Shown here: positions 36,479 through 46,125 of the stretch, piece by piece | Layout: each line of letters starts with the position of its first letter | Position numbering within the stretch: the first letter of the stretch is position 1 | Virus record (IMG/VR): IMGVR_UViG_3300027969_000047 | Source of the DNA: a virus | Strand: one strand, 5' to 3' | DNA: 64,000 nt | The notes under the pieces: model-generated | Told to the model about the DNA's origin: nothing | Database searches by the model: none | What the model saw: the letters and a program-made list of their open reading frames with translations, nothing else | Position numbers and translations under genes: made by a program

Positions 36479-38934
36479 TTTGGTATCAACTCAGGATATT
36501 TTTTATACATGTCTTCTTTTGATAACTCATGCATATCAGCCCACACCTTAGCTTCTTTTTTTGTTTTTGTGGTTCTGATATGATTACCTTTTTCATCATG
36601 CACATTATATTCAACATCAGCAGTTGTTCTACCTCTAAAACTTTCTTTCTTAGTTATAGAGGCTTTCTTTTCTTCTGTCACCCTACCCAATGAATCGTAT
36701 TTACTACTAGCAGTTCCTAATGGTGGCGTGATTAATTCTTTACCTTCAAACTCATCGTCAATATTGATTGGAGAGTTATGAAGTTTTTTCTTTATTTCTT
36801 TGAGCGAGAGGGTGCCGGCTTTGCGATTACTTTTTTCGCCGCTGGCTTCTTTGGCGTAGATTGTTGTTTCTTCGCTGGCGCTTTCTTCGGCGTGGTTGGC
36901 TTCGCAACCACAGTGTTCTCTAAGTTCACGGGTAGTTCTTGGACCGGTGCTGGTTCGACTGCTGGTGTCTGTACTACTTCCGGCTCTGGTTTCTTCTTGA
37001 ATAAGGCGGCTATTGCTTTGAACATGTGGATTCTCCTCTTTTATTTTTTGTGTCAACTTCTCTTTGATTGATGATAGCATCAATGGCTCTGCACTGCTAC
37101 CATAAATTTCAATTTGTTTACCAAGCATCAACATTTTGGTTGATGAGTTATCTGAAAATTCAAAACTCTCACCAATAAGTTCACTGAAACTTGTATCGAT
37201 ATCTTCTTTTCTGATACCTTTTTCTGCCGCTTTCAATTTATTGAGCGTAGATGATTTCTTTGCTTTGTCTAAACGACCTTTGAGTTCTGGACTCATTTCA
37301 GGTTTTGTAATATCTGCAACTGATTTTAATTTTGGTGCCGTAGGTTGTTTAGCATGTGCCGGTTTAGATGCACCTAAAGAACCTGACTGAGTTGGTATAT
37401 TTGGTGATGGTGTTGGTTGATTTTTATCGATAGCAACCAATTCATCATTAACTGAATGATGTGTTATTTGCCTATCTTTACCATAACGACCAAATCCATA
37501 GTAAGTCAGACCAAGTTTAGATGCTTGCTCACCTGCACCAGAACCTTTACGAACAGGTTTAGCTTCAAGATTTTTATCGACCGTCTTATCTTTACGAACA
37601 AGTTCAGTTGAAATCCATGACTTAGCAATATCTGATTTAGGTGCGGCCGATGTAAATTTTCTTACATTCTTGAAGATACCATCAAGTTCTTGTGTTTTCT
37701 TATGAACAACTTCGGGTGATGCATTTCGTAAATCTTCTGAGTTATCATAGTGAAAGAAATTGTTTTGACCAAATAGTTTTTGTAATTCGGGTCTTGCTTT
37801 CTGTGCAGACATCCATTTATCTTTACGAATGTCTTCTGGTACTTCACGACCACCTCTTTGACCTCTTTCAATATTTCTTTGACGAGACACTTCATCAGCA
37901 GTATCAACAAAAACCATTTGAGTCTCATAACCCAAATCTTCAAGTTCTTTTTTGATACGCTTTGTCTTTTCAATATCGTCAGCAGTACCATTGATGATTA
38001 GACCATTGCGACCATTGAGTGCAAGGCGCTGTCTTAATTCTGTAACTGACTTAGCAGTACCACGAATCTCATCTCTCTGTGCTTTTTCTGAATCAGGCAT
38101 CTTTTTATTCAGACGCTTTTTGTCCATCAAGAATTCAAAAGCATTGTCAGAATTGATTTCAGTTAGACCATTCCCAGCAAGAGTTTTACCCATCACAAAA
38201 TCTTTGCCTGAACCAGGACCACCTGCTAAGAAAATTGCTTTGAAGATACCTGAATCGTGAACACCTTCAACAAGAAGATTCTCAAAAAGAATGTCCATTG
38301 TAATCTCAACAGATTCTTTCACTTCACCGATGTACTTGTCTAAAAGACTCTTCACTTTCTCAGGACTTTTTGCATGTGGATATAATTGACTTATCATTTG
38401 TCTCTTTGCCTTATCATCCGCTTTGGCATACATCTCTCTGACTTGTGAACCTGAGTAGACTTCTTTGCCATTTAATTGGAATACTTTTTTCTTTGTAACG
38501 AATATGTATCCATGCCCAGTCTTCTCATCAAAAGGCTTGCATTCTTTAATTGATTTGTATGGTTGATAGTATGCCTTTGAACCATCTTTCTTTGTGTAGT
38601 TCACAGGGTCTCGCTCACTACGAACCAAGATAAGAATATCTTTCTTTGGGTTGTACTGCGCTAGAATTTCTTTGGGATTGACAGGTTGAATAACCTGCAC
38701 GAATTTATCTGTAACGCCTGCTTGTTGCGCTAAGAATTGTTTGTCTTTGAATGGAATAGGTCTTTGCTTTGTGTCGTTACTTGAGGCGACATAGAAATCA
38801 GCACTTGGGAAAGCACTTTTCGCTTGTTCGTAACTGCTCATATGACCTGCATGGAAAGGCTGAAAGCCTCCACCATACACGACAATGACCTTGGATTGAC
38901 TTTTGGCTTCCGCCAAAAACTTGCTAAATTTCAT
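36475..38934 (-). CDS. multidomain protein: HxGH nucleotidyltransferase plus zeta-toxin-like P-loop kinase
   Basis: GGFQPFHAGH...SGSQVR; GGPGSGK, INSD, SRQRNIERG; late promoter TATAAATA at 38969-38976. Confidence 0.85.
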   Translation of the reverse strand: MKFSKFLAEAKSQSKVIVVYGGGFQPFHAGHMSSYEQAKSAFPSADFYVASSNDTKQRPIPFKDKQFLAQQAGVTDKFVQVIQPVNPKEILAQYNPKKDILILVRSERDPVNYTKKDGSKAYYQPYKSIKECKPFDEKTGHGYIFVTKKKVFQLNGKEVYSGSQVREMYAKADDKAKRQMISQLYPHAKSPEKVKSLLDKYIGEVKESVEITMDILFENLLVEGVHDSGIFKAIFLAGGPGSGKDFVMGKTLAGNGLTEINSDNAFEFLMDKKRLNKKMPDSEKAQRDEIRGTAKSVTELRQRLALNGRNGLIINGTADDIEKTKRIKKELEDLGYETQMVFVDTADEVSRQRNIERGQRGGREVPEDIRKDKWMSAQKARPELQKLFGQNNFFHYDNSEDLRNASPEVVHKKTQELDGIFKNVRKFTSAAPKSDIAKSWISTELVRKDKTVDKNLEAKPVRKGSGAGEQASKLGLTYYGFGRYGKDRQITHHSVNDELVAIDKNQPTPSPNIPTQSGSLGASKPAHAKQPTAPKLKSVADITKPEMSPELKGRLDKAKKSSTLNKLKAAEKGIRKEDIDTSFSELIGESFEFSDNSSTKMLMLGKQIEIYGSSAEPLMLSSIKEKLTQKIKEENPHVQSNSRLIQEETRAGSSTDTSSRTSTGPRTTRELREHCGCEANHAEESASEETTIYAKEASGEKSNRKAGTLSLKEIKKKLHNSPINIDDEFEGKELITPPLGTASSKYDSLGRVTEEKKASITKKESFRGRTTADVEYNVHDEKGNHIRTTKTKKEAKVWADMHELSKEDMYKKYPELIPK
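36792..37025 (-). CDS. nested out-of-frame Lys/Pro/Ala-rich protein
   Basis: GAGGAG SD 7 nt before ATG; histone-H1-like PAKK tail. Confidence 0.6.
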   Translation of the reverse strand: MFKAIAALFKKKPEPEVVQTPAVEPAPVQELPVNLENTVVAKPTTPKKAPAKKQQSTPKKPAAKKVIAKPAPSRSKK

Positions 38935-38971
38935 TTTGCCTCTACAGCAAACAGTTAAAGAATACTGTTAT

Positions 38972-39439
38972 TTATAATTCTGCCATAGTGGGGTCTTTCA
39001 GCAACTCAGGAAAATCAGTACAAATGCCTAAGAAACTCATTTTAAGAACTTCATCAGGTAAGAAATGATGTTCTGGCATCACACCTATAGACAATGGTCC
39101 TACTGGCATTTGACCTGGATAAGCCCACACATATCCCCATGAAGTCATGGTGTAATCATCTTTATCATGGAAGAATGTGTGTAGGTTATGTTTCAGACAA
39201 TATTCAAACGCTTCTCTATTTTTAGCATGAATCCAAAGAAGAGTTCTTCTACTCTGAAGCCAATCTAAATCGATATCATATTGTGGACCATCGTGGCCGA
39301 GATAGATTACATCTCCAACAAGTCTCAAATCTATCTCAACAGAAAAACCTTTTGCTATCGCCTCATCAATGAATGATGGAGAATTCTCTCTGGTCTCATC
39401 AGGACCAAAGCGATTGCCACGATGGGAGATAAACATCAT
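38972..39439 (-). CDS. GDPD/PLC-like phosphodiesterase
   Basis: ISHRGN, EN, VEIDL, LGHD, ICTD. Confidence 0.8.
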   Translation of the reverse strand: MMFISHRGNRFGPDETRENSPSFIDEAIAKGFSVEIDLRLVGDVIYLGHDGPQYDIDLDWLQSRRTLLWIHAKNREAFEYCLKHNLHTFFHDKDDYTMTSWGYVWAYPGQMPVGPLSIGVMPEHHFLPDEVLKMSFLGICTDFPELLKDPTMAEL

Positions 39440-40128
39440 TTTTGCACCTGAACCCAAATCCATTGTGGATGCTCATCATGGCAAGTACCAGTCAATGTGT
39501 GTGAGAAGTTTTTGAATCCTACACTACAAACATCAGTCTGTAATGCATTTACATCTTCAACTCTTGTATCTTTGTTATGTACTTCACTAAACGAACCATA
39601 GTCGCTTTGAAAGTAATCAACAGACCTTGGATGTCCTGAACCAAATCCCATTTGAAAACAGAAACTACCGCCTGGTTTCAATGCACGGAAAAACTCTTTG
39701 TAGAGATTGATACGAACATTTCGTGATGTGATATGTTGCATACAGATAACACTGAAGATAACATCATATGTTTCATCTGCAATCATTGGAATAGATTTAC
39801 CATCATTAGCCCAAAGATTTGGGATTGCAATACCAGCATCTTCAAGATTGATTTTTGCTTTATCAATACAGTCAGGTGCAATGTCGCAACCATCAACTCT
39901 ATCAAACCAATCTTTAAAACGAATCATGTTACGACCAGGACCGCAACCATATTCAAATGCTAACTTGCCTTTTGTATCAAGACCTCTGAACAACTCAGTC
40001 TCATATTCTTTGAATGCTTGATGTTCGTGATACCATCCAACTACAGGATTCTTATTCTGTAATGACCAACCACCAGAAATGTGATTCCAAAAGTTGGATT
40101 GATTTTGTAAAAACTCTTCTTCTTTCAT
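39436..40128 (-). CDS. class I SAM methyltransferase
   Basis: EYGCGPG, LKPGG. Confidence 0.9.
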   Translation of the reverse strand: MKEEEFLQNQSNFWNHISGGWSLQNKNPVVGWYHEHQAFKEYETELFRGLDTKGKLAFEYGCGPGRNMIRFKDWFDRVDGCDIAPDCIDKAKINLEDAGIAIPNLWANDGKSIPMIADETYDVIFSVICMQHITSRNVRINLYKEFFRALKPGGSFCFQMGFGSGHPRSVDYFQSDYGSFSEVHNKDTRVEDVNALQTDVCSVGFKNFSHTLTGTCHDEHPQWIWVQVQK

Positions 40129-40129
40129 A

Positions 40130-40915
40130 TTAACCTCTCAAATATTTTGTTGTGAACCATGGATACCAATCAATCTCAGGGAATGCTGGCGGTGTCATAT
40201 AATTGATAATCGGACCGATACCATTTATTCCGTTGCCAGGAGTCTGCCACTTTGCTTTAAAGTGTGCTTGAGAATGATTGAGAATATAATTTGTATTAAC
40301 GCCAGTAATGTTTTCAATTTCGTGATGTTGATTTACATATGTTTCATCGATTGCTTTAGAACCAATGTCAGTAGCGATTAGACTTCTGATACCAATATCA
40401 TTGTGAACAAAACCCCAATCGTGAGTTTCTGCAATAGACAATTTAGATTTATCATAGAACATGAAACATCTTTTTAGAAAGTCTGCATCGCCACAGTAGC
40501 AACCAAGATATCTTTCATCGAACCAACCCACTGTAGCCAAGACTTTCTTCTTCATGTAAAAGAATGTATCACCAGCAGGTCCCCAAATCAAATCATACTT
40601 ATCACAATCTCTGCGAATCAGGTTTGAAATGTTAGGATGAATAGCAGTATCATCTTGAACAAACATTGCATCATCATTATTTTTGAATGCTTTAATGAAG
40701 ATGTTGTTCCAAGACCTAGCACAATATGAATTAGCCTCAGGGTCTGATAGAGTGTTGTAAGTGACACTCTTAACACGCTTTGCATTTTCTTCGGTCAACC
40801 TAACTTCAGGATGATTAGAAAATATATGAATGTCGTGAGCAGTAGATGCACCGAAAGTGTTAATCTGTCTGTTCAGTGCCTGTGGTCTATTAAATGTCAA
40901 AATCCAAACTTGCAT
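40130..40915 (-). CDS. GT-A fold glycosyltransferase
   Basis: TFNRP, QDD, GWFDERY..GDAD. Confidence 0.8.
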   Translation of the reverse strand: MQVWILTFNRPQALNRQINTFGASTAHDIHIFSNHPEVRLTEENAKRVKSVTYNTLSDPEANSYCARSWNNIFIKAFKNNDDAMFVQDDTAIHPNISNLIRRDCDKYDLIWGPAGDTFFYMKKKVLATVGWFDERYLGCYCGDADFLKRCFMFYDKSKLSIAETHDWGFVHNDIGIRSLIATDIGSKAIDETYVNQHHEIENITGVNTNYILNHSQAHFKAKWQTPGNGINGIGPIINYMTPPAFPEIDWYPWFTTKYLRG

Positions 40916-40917
40916 AA

Positions 40918-41514
40918 TTATCTCCAAAATTTCAAATCTACTTCTGTGTCGTGGGCATGCCAATAATCTTCTTCGACTTGAAATCCTTTATCTTGTAACC
41001 AAGACTTCACATCTTCATAGTGATTATTAATACCTTCGTAAAGAGGTACTTTATTCGTACACTCACAACGACCTGCTTGCACAATACTTATCTTATCTCC
41101 AAATGACTTCAGAACATTAAAGTCATTTCCTTGTGCATCAATCCATAACATATCTATCTTCTCAATACTTTCTTGTTTGATGAATGTATCCATACGAATG
41201 CATTTGACTTCGTAAGTATTGTGAAATCCTTCTCTGTAGCATTGATAGATACCAGCATCACTGTTAATCAATTCAGGATGCAAATCATAGAGACTACCAA
41301 TACCATTCTCAATATTAGATGAATGAAATGTTCTATTCTCTTCGCTAACATCTACAGCATACTCATACAATTTGACATTCGAATTACTGCCAAACTTTGC
41401 TCTCAATTTTTGAAATAGATTAGGTTCAGGTTCAAATGCGTAGACGATACCTTGTCCTGCAAATCCTTCTGTGTCTGAACCAATGTTCGCACCAACTTCA
41501 ATAGTGATATGCAT
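40918..41514 (-). CDS. FkbM family methyltransferase
   Basis: EVGANIG, AFEP, IDAQGND. Confidence 0.9.
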   Translation of the reverse strand: MHITIEVGANIGSDTEGFAGQGIVYAFEPEPNLFQKLRAKFGSNSNVKLYEYAVDVSEENRTFHSSNIENGIGSLYDLHPELINSDAGIYQCYREGFHNTYEVKCIRMDTFIKQESIEKIDMLWIDAQGNDFNVLKSFGDKISIVQAGRCECTNKVPLYEGINNHYEDVKSWLQDKGFQVEEDYWHAHDTEVDLKFWR

Positions 41515-42890
41515 TACTTGTAATTATCTAAAAAGTAATTCAAGTCCTCTGGTGTACCAATACCCCACATTTTTTGAATTTGTTTAACACGAATCTTCTT
41601 ACCATCACCAATAGCCTCATTGAATACTGGGCAGACATAGAACTCACCATTTGTTCTAATGTCTTTATGAATCATTTGTCTAGCATACTTGACATAATCA
41701 GAACCTTTGTTCCAGTAGTAAACACCAACTGTTGCTTGATTAGAAATTACTTTCTTCTCTGCAACTTCTGAAACAAATCCATTGTCATCTAGTTTAGCAT
41801 ATGACCATTTAGGATGTGTAGCTTCGAATGTCAGAATGCCACCATCGATGTTATCTGCTTTGAAAGCATACATGCATTCGTTTGAATTCCATTCGACAAA
41901 CTGGTCAGAGTTTGCCATGATAAGTGGTTCATCATTGTTGATAAATTCTTGTGCAAGTAATGTAGTGCAAGCGGCACCTTCTGTCATACCATCAACTTGA
42001 ACGATTGTGCAGTTTGGTGCAATCAAGTTAAGCATGTATTTAAGATTGTATTTCTCATAGTGTTCTTTCTGAACTAGAAAGATGTAGTTGGCTTCAATGT
42101 TCAAATTCTCAACAACAACTTGAATCATTGGTTTACCACGAACTTCAATCAGTGGTTTAGGGAATGTATATCCTGCTTGTGCAAATCTTGAACCTGCGCC
42201 AGCCATTGGGATTAAGACATTCAGTTTTTTGTCACGCCAAGGAATGTTTGTCTTCTGTTGTTCGTTTTCAAACTCTTCAACTCTTTGCATGAATTTCAAT
42301 GCATTCAAGTCACTGGCATTCTCAACTGGATATAAAATTGCACCAGAGTCAATTGCACCTTGGCGCCCTATGTGGCTGTCTTCAATGATGATTGTATTCT
42401 TAGGTAATGCATTCAACCCAATCATACAGCGCCAATACATTTCTGGAAATGGTTTTGCAAATCGAACATCTTGATTGCTGACAATGTAATCAATTTCACC
42501 TAAGATACCGATTGTATCAAGTGCAATGCGAACAGTTTCACGAATGCTGTTAGATGCAACTGCAATCTTCCAGCCTTTCATTTTCAACTGAGCAATTAGA
42601 TATCTAGCCGTATGATTCTTTGGAAGTTTTCTGAGCAAATCAAATGTTGCTGTCTGTTTATCTTCCCAAATTTGATTGAAGTATTTTCTATCTAAACCTT
42701 TTCGTTCAGACAACATCTCAAGTTTTCTTGTAGTGTTCAATCCATCGTATGTGCTTAGATGTTCTTCACGAGTAATTACAAACTCTTGACCAATCTTAGC
42801 AAGTGCATCATTCAATGCATCATAGTGTAACTCTCTCGAATCAATTAACACACCATCCAAATCAAAAATTACAAGTTTATTCTGCATCAC
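41514..42890 (-). CDS. HAD phosphatase fused to a sugar nucleotidyltransferase
   Basis: FDLDGV, KP.PE, EDS; PMAGAGSRF..PKPL, GTPED. Confidence 0.92.
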   Translation of the reverse strand: MMQNKLVIFDLDGVLIDSRELHYDALNDALAKIGQEFVITREEHLSTYDGLNTTRKLEMLSERKGLDRKYFNQIWEDKQTATFDLLRKLPKNHTARYLIAQLKMKGWKIAVASNSIRETVRIALDTIGILGEIDYIVSNQDVRFAKPFPEMYWRCMIGLNALPKNTIIIEDSHIGRQGAIDSGAILYPVENASDLNALKFMQRVEEFENEQQKTNIPWRDKKLNVLIPMAGAGSRFAQAGYTFPKPLIEVRGKPMIQVVVENLNIEANYIFLVQKEHYEKYNLKYMLNLIAPNCTIVQVDGMTEGAACTTLLAQEFINNDEPLIMANSDQFVEWNSNECMYAFKADNIDGGILTFEATHPKWSYAKLDDNGFVSEVAEKKVISNQATVGVYYWNKGSDYVKYARQMIHKDIRTNGEFYVCPVFNEAIGDGKKIRVKQIQKMWGIGTPEDLNYFLDNYK

Positions 42891-43500
42891 GATGAACCTT
42901 ATTATGTTTTACTATACTTGCACCATTACACTTCCAATTAGCAATCTCTCTCATACGAAGAGACCACTCAACATCTTCAGCACTGCCCCATGTCATTTCT
43001 TCATTCATTGGACACTTCTTCATAAAATCTTTTTTCACAATCATGTAACCACCTGACTGATACATGAATTTAGTATGACCCCAATCATCATATCTCAATG
43101 ATGTGTAACGAGGAAAGATACGAGAGTCCCAACAAACCCAATCAGTGAAATGTCTCTTACCAGTAATCAACTGTTGTGCATTAGAACACACATCCCAATC
43201 TTCACCGAATGCTACAAAGTTTGTATACCAGTCTTTGTCGAAAGTGTAGTAGTCGTGAAAAATTACAACATTGTCGTACTTAGCTTCCTGTGCAAGAATG
43301 TTTTTCTTACGAGTGACCCATTTATCTTTTACAGTCTCATCAAAGAAAATGTGTTTGGCATTAGCGGTGTCGTTAAGAAAACCTTGTCCGATGACTAGAA
43401 TTTCATGGTTAGGTATATTGAGTGCGGTAATAGAATCACAGACTTCATTTAGTCTCTGTTCATTTTTGTAGTCTGTTGTTATGCCGAAAGTAAAATTCAT
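42877..43500 (-). CDS. GT-A glycosyltransferase-like protein
   Basis: KKN..A, FHDY, AEDVEWS. Confidence 0.75.
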   Translation of the reverse strand: MNFTFGITTDYKNEQRLNEVCDSITALNIPNHEILVIGQGFLNDTANAKHIFFDETVKDKWVTRKKNILAQEAKYDNVVIFHDYYTFDKDWYTNFVAFGEDWDVCSNAQQLITGKRHFTDWVCWDSRIFPRYTSLRYDDWGHTKFMYQSGGYMIVKKDFMKKCPMNEEMTWGSAEDVEWSLRMREIANWKCNGASIVKHNKVHRDAE

Positions 43501-44450
43501 ACGCACCTCAAAATATCATCGACTGTGTTCCCAATCAATCTATTGAGTGTAACATATTCATAGGATTTGTCAATCAATTCTTTGTCGCTTTTGAATGTTT
43601 TGAGAATGTTTACCAATTGTTCATCAGTATCATACACCATACCAAAGTCTTTCATTGTCTCAGCGCCAGCAATGTTACGAGCAACCCATTGTGTTTTATT
43701 CAACATCGATTCAAGAAGAACTAAACCAAAGCCTTCTGAGTGTGAATGTAGAATATACAAGTCTGCTTCACGAATTGCAGACATAACATCTGCACGAGAA
43801 TCGATTAAAAATGGTTTGACAAACTCAGATTCATTTGGCATCATACCATGGCGATTATCATAACCAGTTAGCACGAGAGTTGTATCAGGAACTTGTGCAT
43901 TGTTGAACACTTTAACTAATTCATGCATTGCTTTGTTTGGCCAGTAACCACCGCATGATAGAAACATATTCTTAGTTTTGATACCATACTTCTCACGAAA
44001 GCCTTGCATACCGATAGAAATCTTCTCATCAATGCCATGTCGAACAGCAACACCTTTTCTGAGTATATTGTGTTTTCTAATGTGTTTCCAATCTGCTGTA
44101 GTTGAGCATCCAAGATATTTACAATCTTGTAATGCTTTCAAACATGTTGGCGATTCAGATGGCAGAATCAATTGATAGAGAATAGGTGATTTTATTTTTG
44201 ATGCATTCGATAAAACAAAATTCTGAACATTCACATCACCACCATGAACAACAATCAAATCCCATGTTTCATTTAGAATTTGTGCATCACTGCTAACTTT
44301 AACACCATTCAAGTCGCCTTGATGTTCGCCTGCTAGAACCCACACTTCATGCCCACGAGATAGGGTTTCTTCTGCCATGTCTCGAACATAGTTTTCTGAG
44401 CCACCAGGAAAAGGTGCATAACGATGCACAACATATAATAACTTAGCCAT
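43497..44450 (-). CDS. GT4 (GT-B) glycosyltransferase
   Basis: GGSE, EGFGLVLLESM. Confidence 0.9.
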   Translation of the reverse strand: MAKLLYVVHRYAPFPGGSENYVRDMAEETLSRGHEVWVLAGEHQGDLNGVKVSSDAQILNETWDLIVVHGGDVNVQNFVLSNASKIKSPILYQLILPSESPTCLKALQDCKYLGCSTTADWKHIRKHNILRKGVAVRHGIDEKISIGMQGFREKYGIKTKNMFLSCGGYWPNKAMHELVKVFNNAQVPDTTLVLTGYDNRHGMMPNESEFVKPFLIDSRADVMSAIREADLYILHSHSEGFGLVLLESMLNKTQWVARNIAGAETMKDFGMVYDTDEQLVNILKTFKSDKELIDKSYEYVTLNRLIGNTVDDILRCV

Positions 44451-45306
44451 ATTTCTTCTCAATAATTTTTCGCCATTCGGGAACACGGTCATACTGATGC
44501 ACAAGATAGAATGGTTCACCTGTGCTGGTACACACTACATCATCTTTCATAATTGGTGTAGGCTCAAAGAGATGTGGTCTGAATTCTTCAATCTTACTTG
44601 GGTCAGCAGTTGTTCCTAATTGGGCTGCCCAACCTTCTTCAGAATTTGTGAATCTAGTCGTATCACGATATGTTTTTGTTTGTAACAAAACATTCAGTGC
44701 GGCTTGGTCTGGACCACCACCGCCAGGAACATTCTGTGGTGAACCTGAGCATGACATGAACAGATTCAAAAACAAATCAATCATTGTATCAAATCTACCT
44801 GATACAGTTCCTGCATTGTAGATGAGATTGTTTTTGTTTGCTTCGTAGATTAATGGACCAAAAGATTGAATGAGGTTATTCTTACCCCATGCCTCATCTC
44901 TGTAACGAATAGATTCACAAGCGACATTGATAGTCTTGTCGCCCATATTCTTTTCTAACCACTCTGATGGATTTCTTTGAAAGACAACATCACGAACATC
45001 GGTTGCTATTAGATAGCGATATTCTGCACGGTCTTCTAGTTGACTCATAAAGTACCATAGATGCATGAATCGTTCAAGCATGATGTTGAACTCTTCACGG
45101 TACTCGAATCTTTTCAATTCATCATTGCGAGTGAAAGCAATGATTATATAGCCTCTTTTGGTTAACTCTTCTACAACATCAAAAGAGATATTGTAGCAAA
45201 GCATAACTTTCTTGCCTGTGAACCCACAAGTGTCAAGAGAGTTTACCCAATACTTTATTTTGTCGAAATCATAATTGGTGATAGCACCAACAACCACATC
45301 TTGCAT
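44443..45306 (-). CDS. GT-A glycosyltransferase-like protein
   Basis: TDVRDVVFQ, NAG, DQA, HQYDR. Confidence 0.8.
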   Translation of the reverse strand: MQDVVVGAITNYDFDKIKYWVNSLDTCGFTGKKVMLCYNISFDVVEELTKRGYIIIAFTRNDELKRFEYREEFNIMLERFMHLWYFMSQLEDRAEYRYLIATDVRDVVFQRNPSEWLEKNMGDKTINVACESIRYRDEAWGKNNLIQSFGPLIYEANKNNLIYNAGTVSGRFDTMIDLFLNLFMSCSGSPQNVPGGGGPDQAALNVLLQTKTYRDTTRFTNSEEGWAAQLGTTADPSKIEEFRPHLFEPTPIMKDDVVCTSTGEPFYLVHQYDRVPEWRKIIEKKYG

Positions 45307-45325
45307 AACAACCTCACTTAATTAA

Positions 45326-45847
45326 TTACTTATCTATAAATCCTAAAAATGACTCTACAGCAATTTTATCATCACTTGTTTTGAAATCTTTCTTTCGCAT
45401 GATAGTCTTCATTCTAACTTCAAACGAATCACCCATTATATCAATAACTACAGGAAGATTCAAGTCTTTTTGCAAGTCTACCAGTACTGCTTGCCCATCA
45501 CCATGTGCTTTAATCTTAGCCGCTTTGTTCTTCTCAATCTTTTTGAAGAACTGTTGCAACTCGGTAATCTTAATACAAGGAACATTTCTCGAATCGCTCA
45601 TTCTTTCAGCAAAGTGTTTTGTGAATTGAATGTCTACTTGATATTTTTTAAGAAGTCTATCGGCAAATGTTTCTAAGTCTTTCAATTGCTGTGATGTATA
45701 TAGAGTACATTGTTCAGCATCTTCTTTGACTGTTTGACCAGGAGTCTCTTTTTTATATTTCTTCACTAACTCTGGTCTACCTTCTTCACCAGCACCAGCT
45801 TTAGAGACAAACTCTTGTTCAGCAATATGTTCGGAAAACTTTAACAT
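45326..45847 (-). CDS. hypothetical, probably capsid-targeted protein
   Basis: MLKFSEHIAE N-terminus. Confidence 0.65.
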   Translation of the reverse strand: MLKFSEHIAEQEFVSKAGAGEEGRPELVKKYKKETPGQTVKEDAEQCTLYTSQQLKDLETFADRLLKKYQVDIQFTKHFAERMSDSRNVPCIKITELQQFFKKIEKNKAAKIKAHGDGQAVLVDLQKDLNLPVVIDIMGDSFEVRMKTIMRKKDFKTSDDKIAVESFLGFIDK

Positions 45848-46125
45848 TTAACCTCTTGTAAGTGTTAGAATCTTTTGAATCTGCGCTTCAAGAATTGGTC
45901 TACGATTAGGCCAATTGATATATGGTTTGTCAGCAGTCTTTAGAAGATTCGATAAGAACGGCATAATAAGTTTTTCTACTTGCGTCAATCGTGCTTTGTA
46001 TTCTTCAACAGTTTCATCTTTCTCTGCAATTACAGCATTGTATTCTTCTTCAGATACAGCAGAGAATCCAAAATCATTATCACTGTATTCATTTAGAATA
46101 GCATTAATATCATATTTCGTTGCCA

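Noticed and set aside
36778-37071. 97-aa plus-strand Phe/Ala/Gly-rich ORF
   Set aside because: It is the antisense mirror of the Lys/Pro/Ala-rich nested gene, with no SD or promoter.
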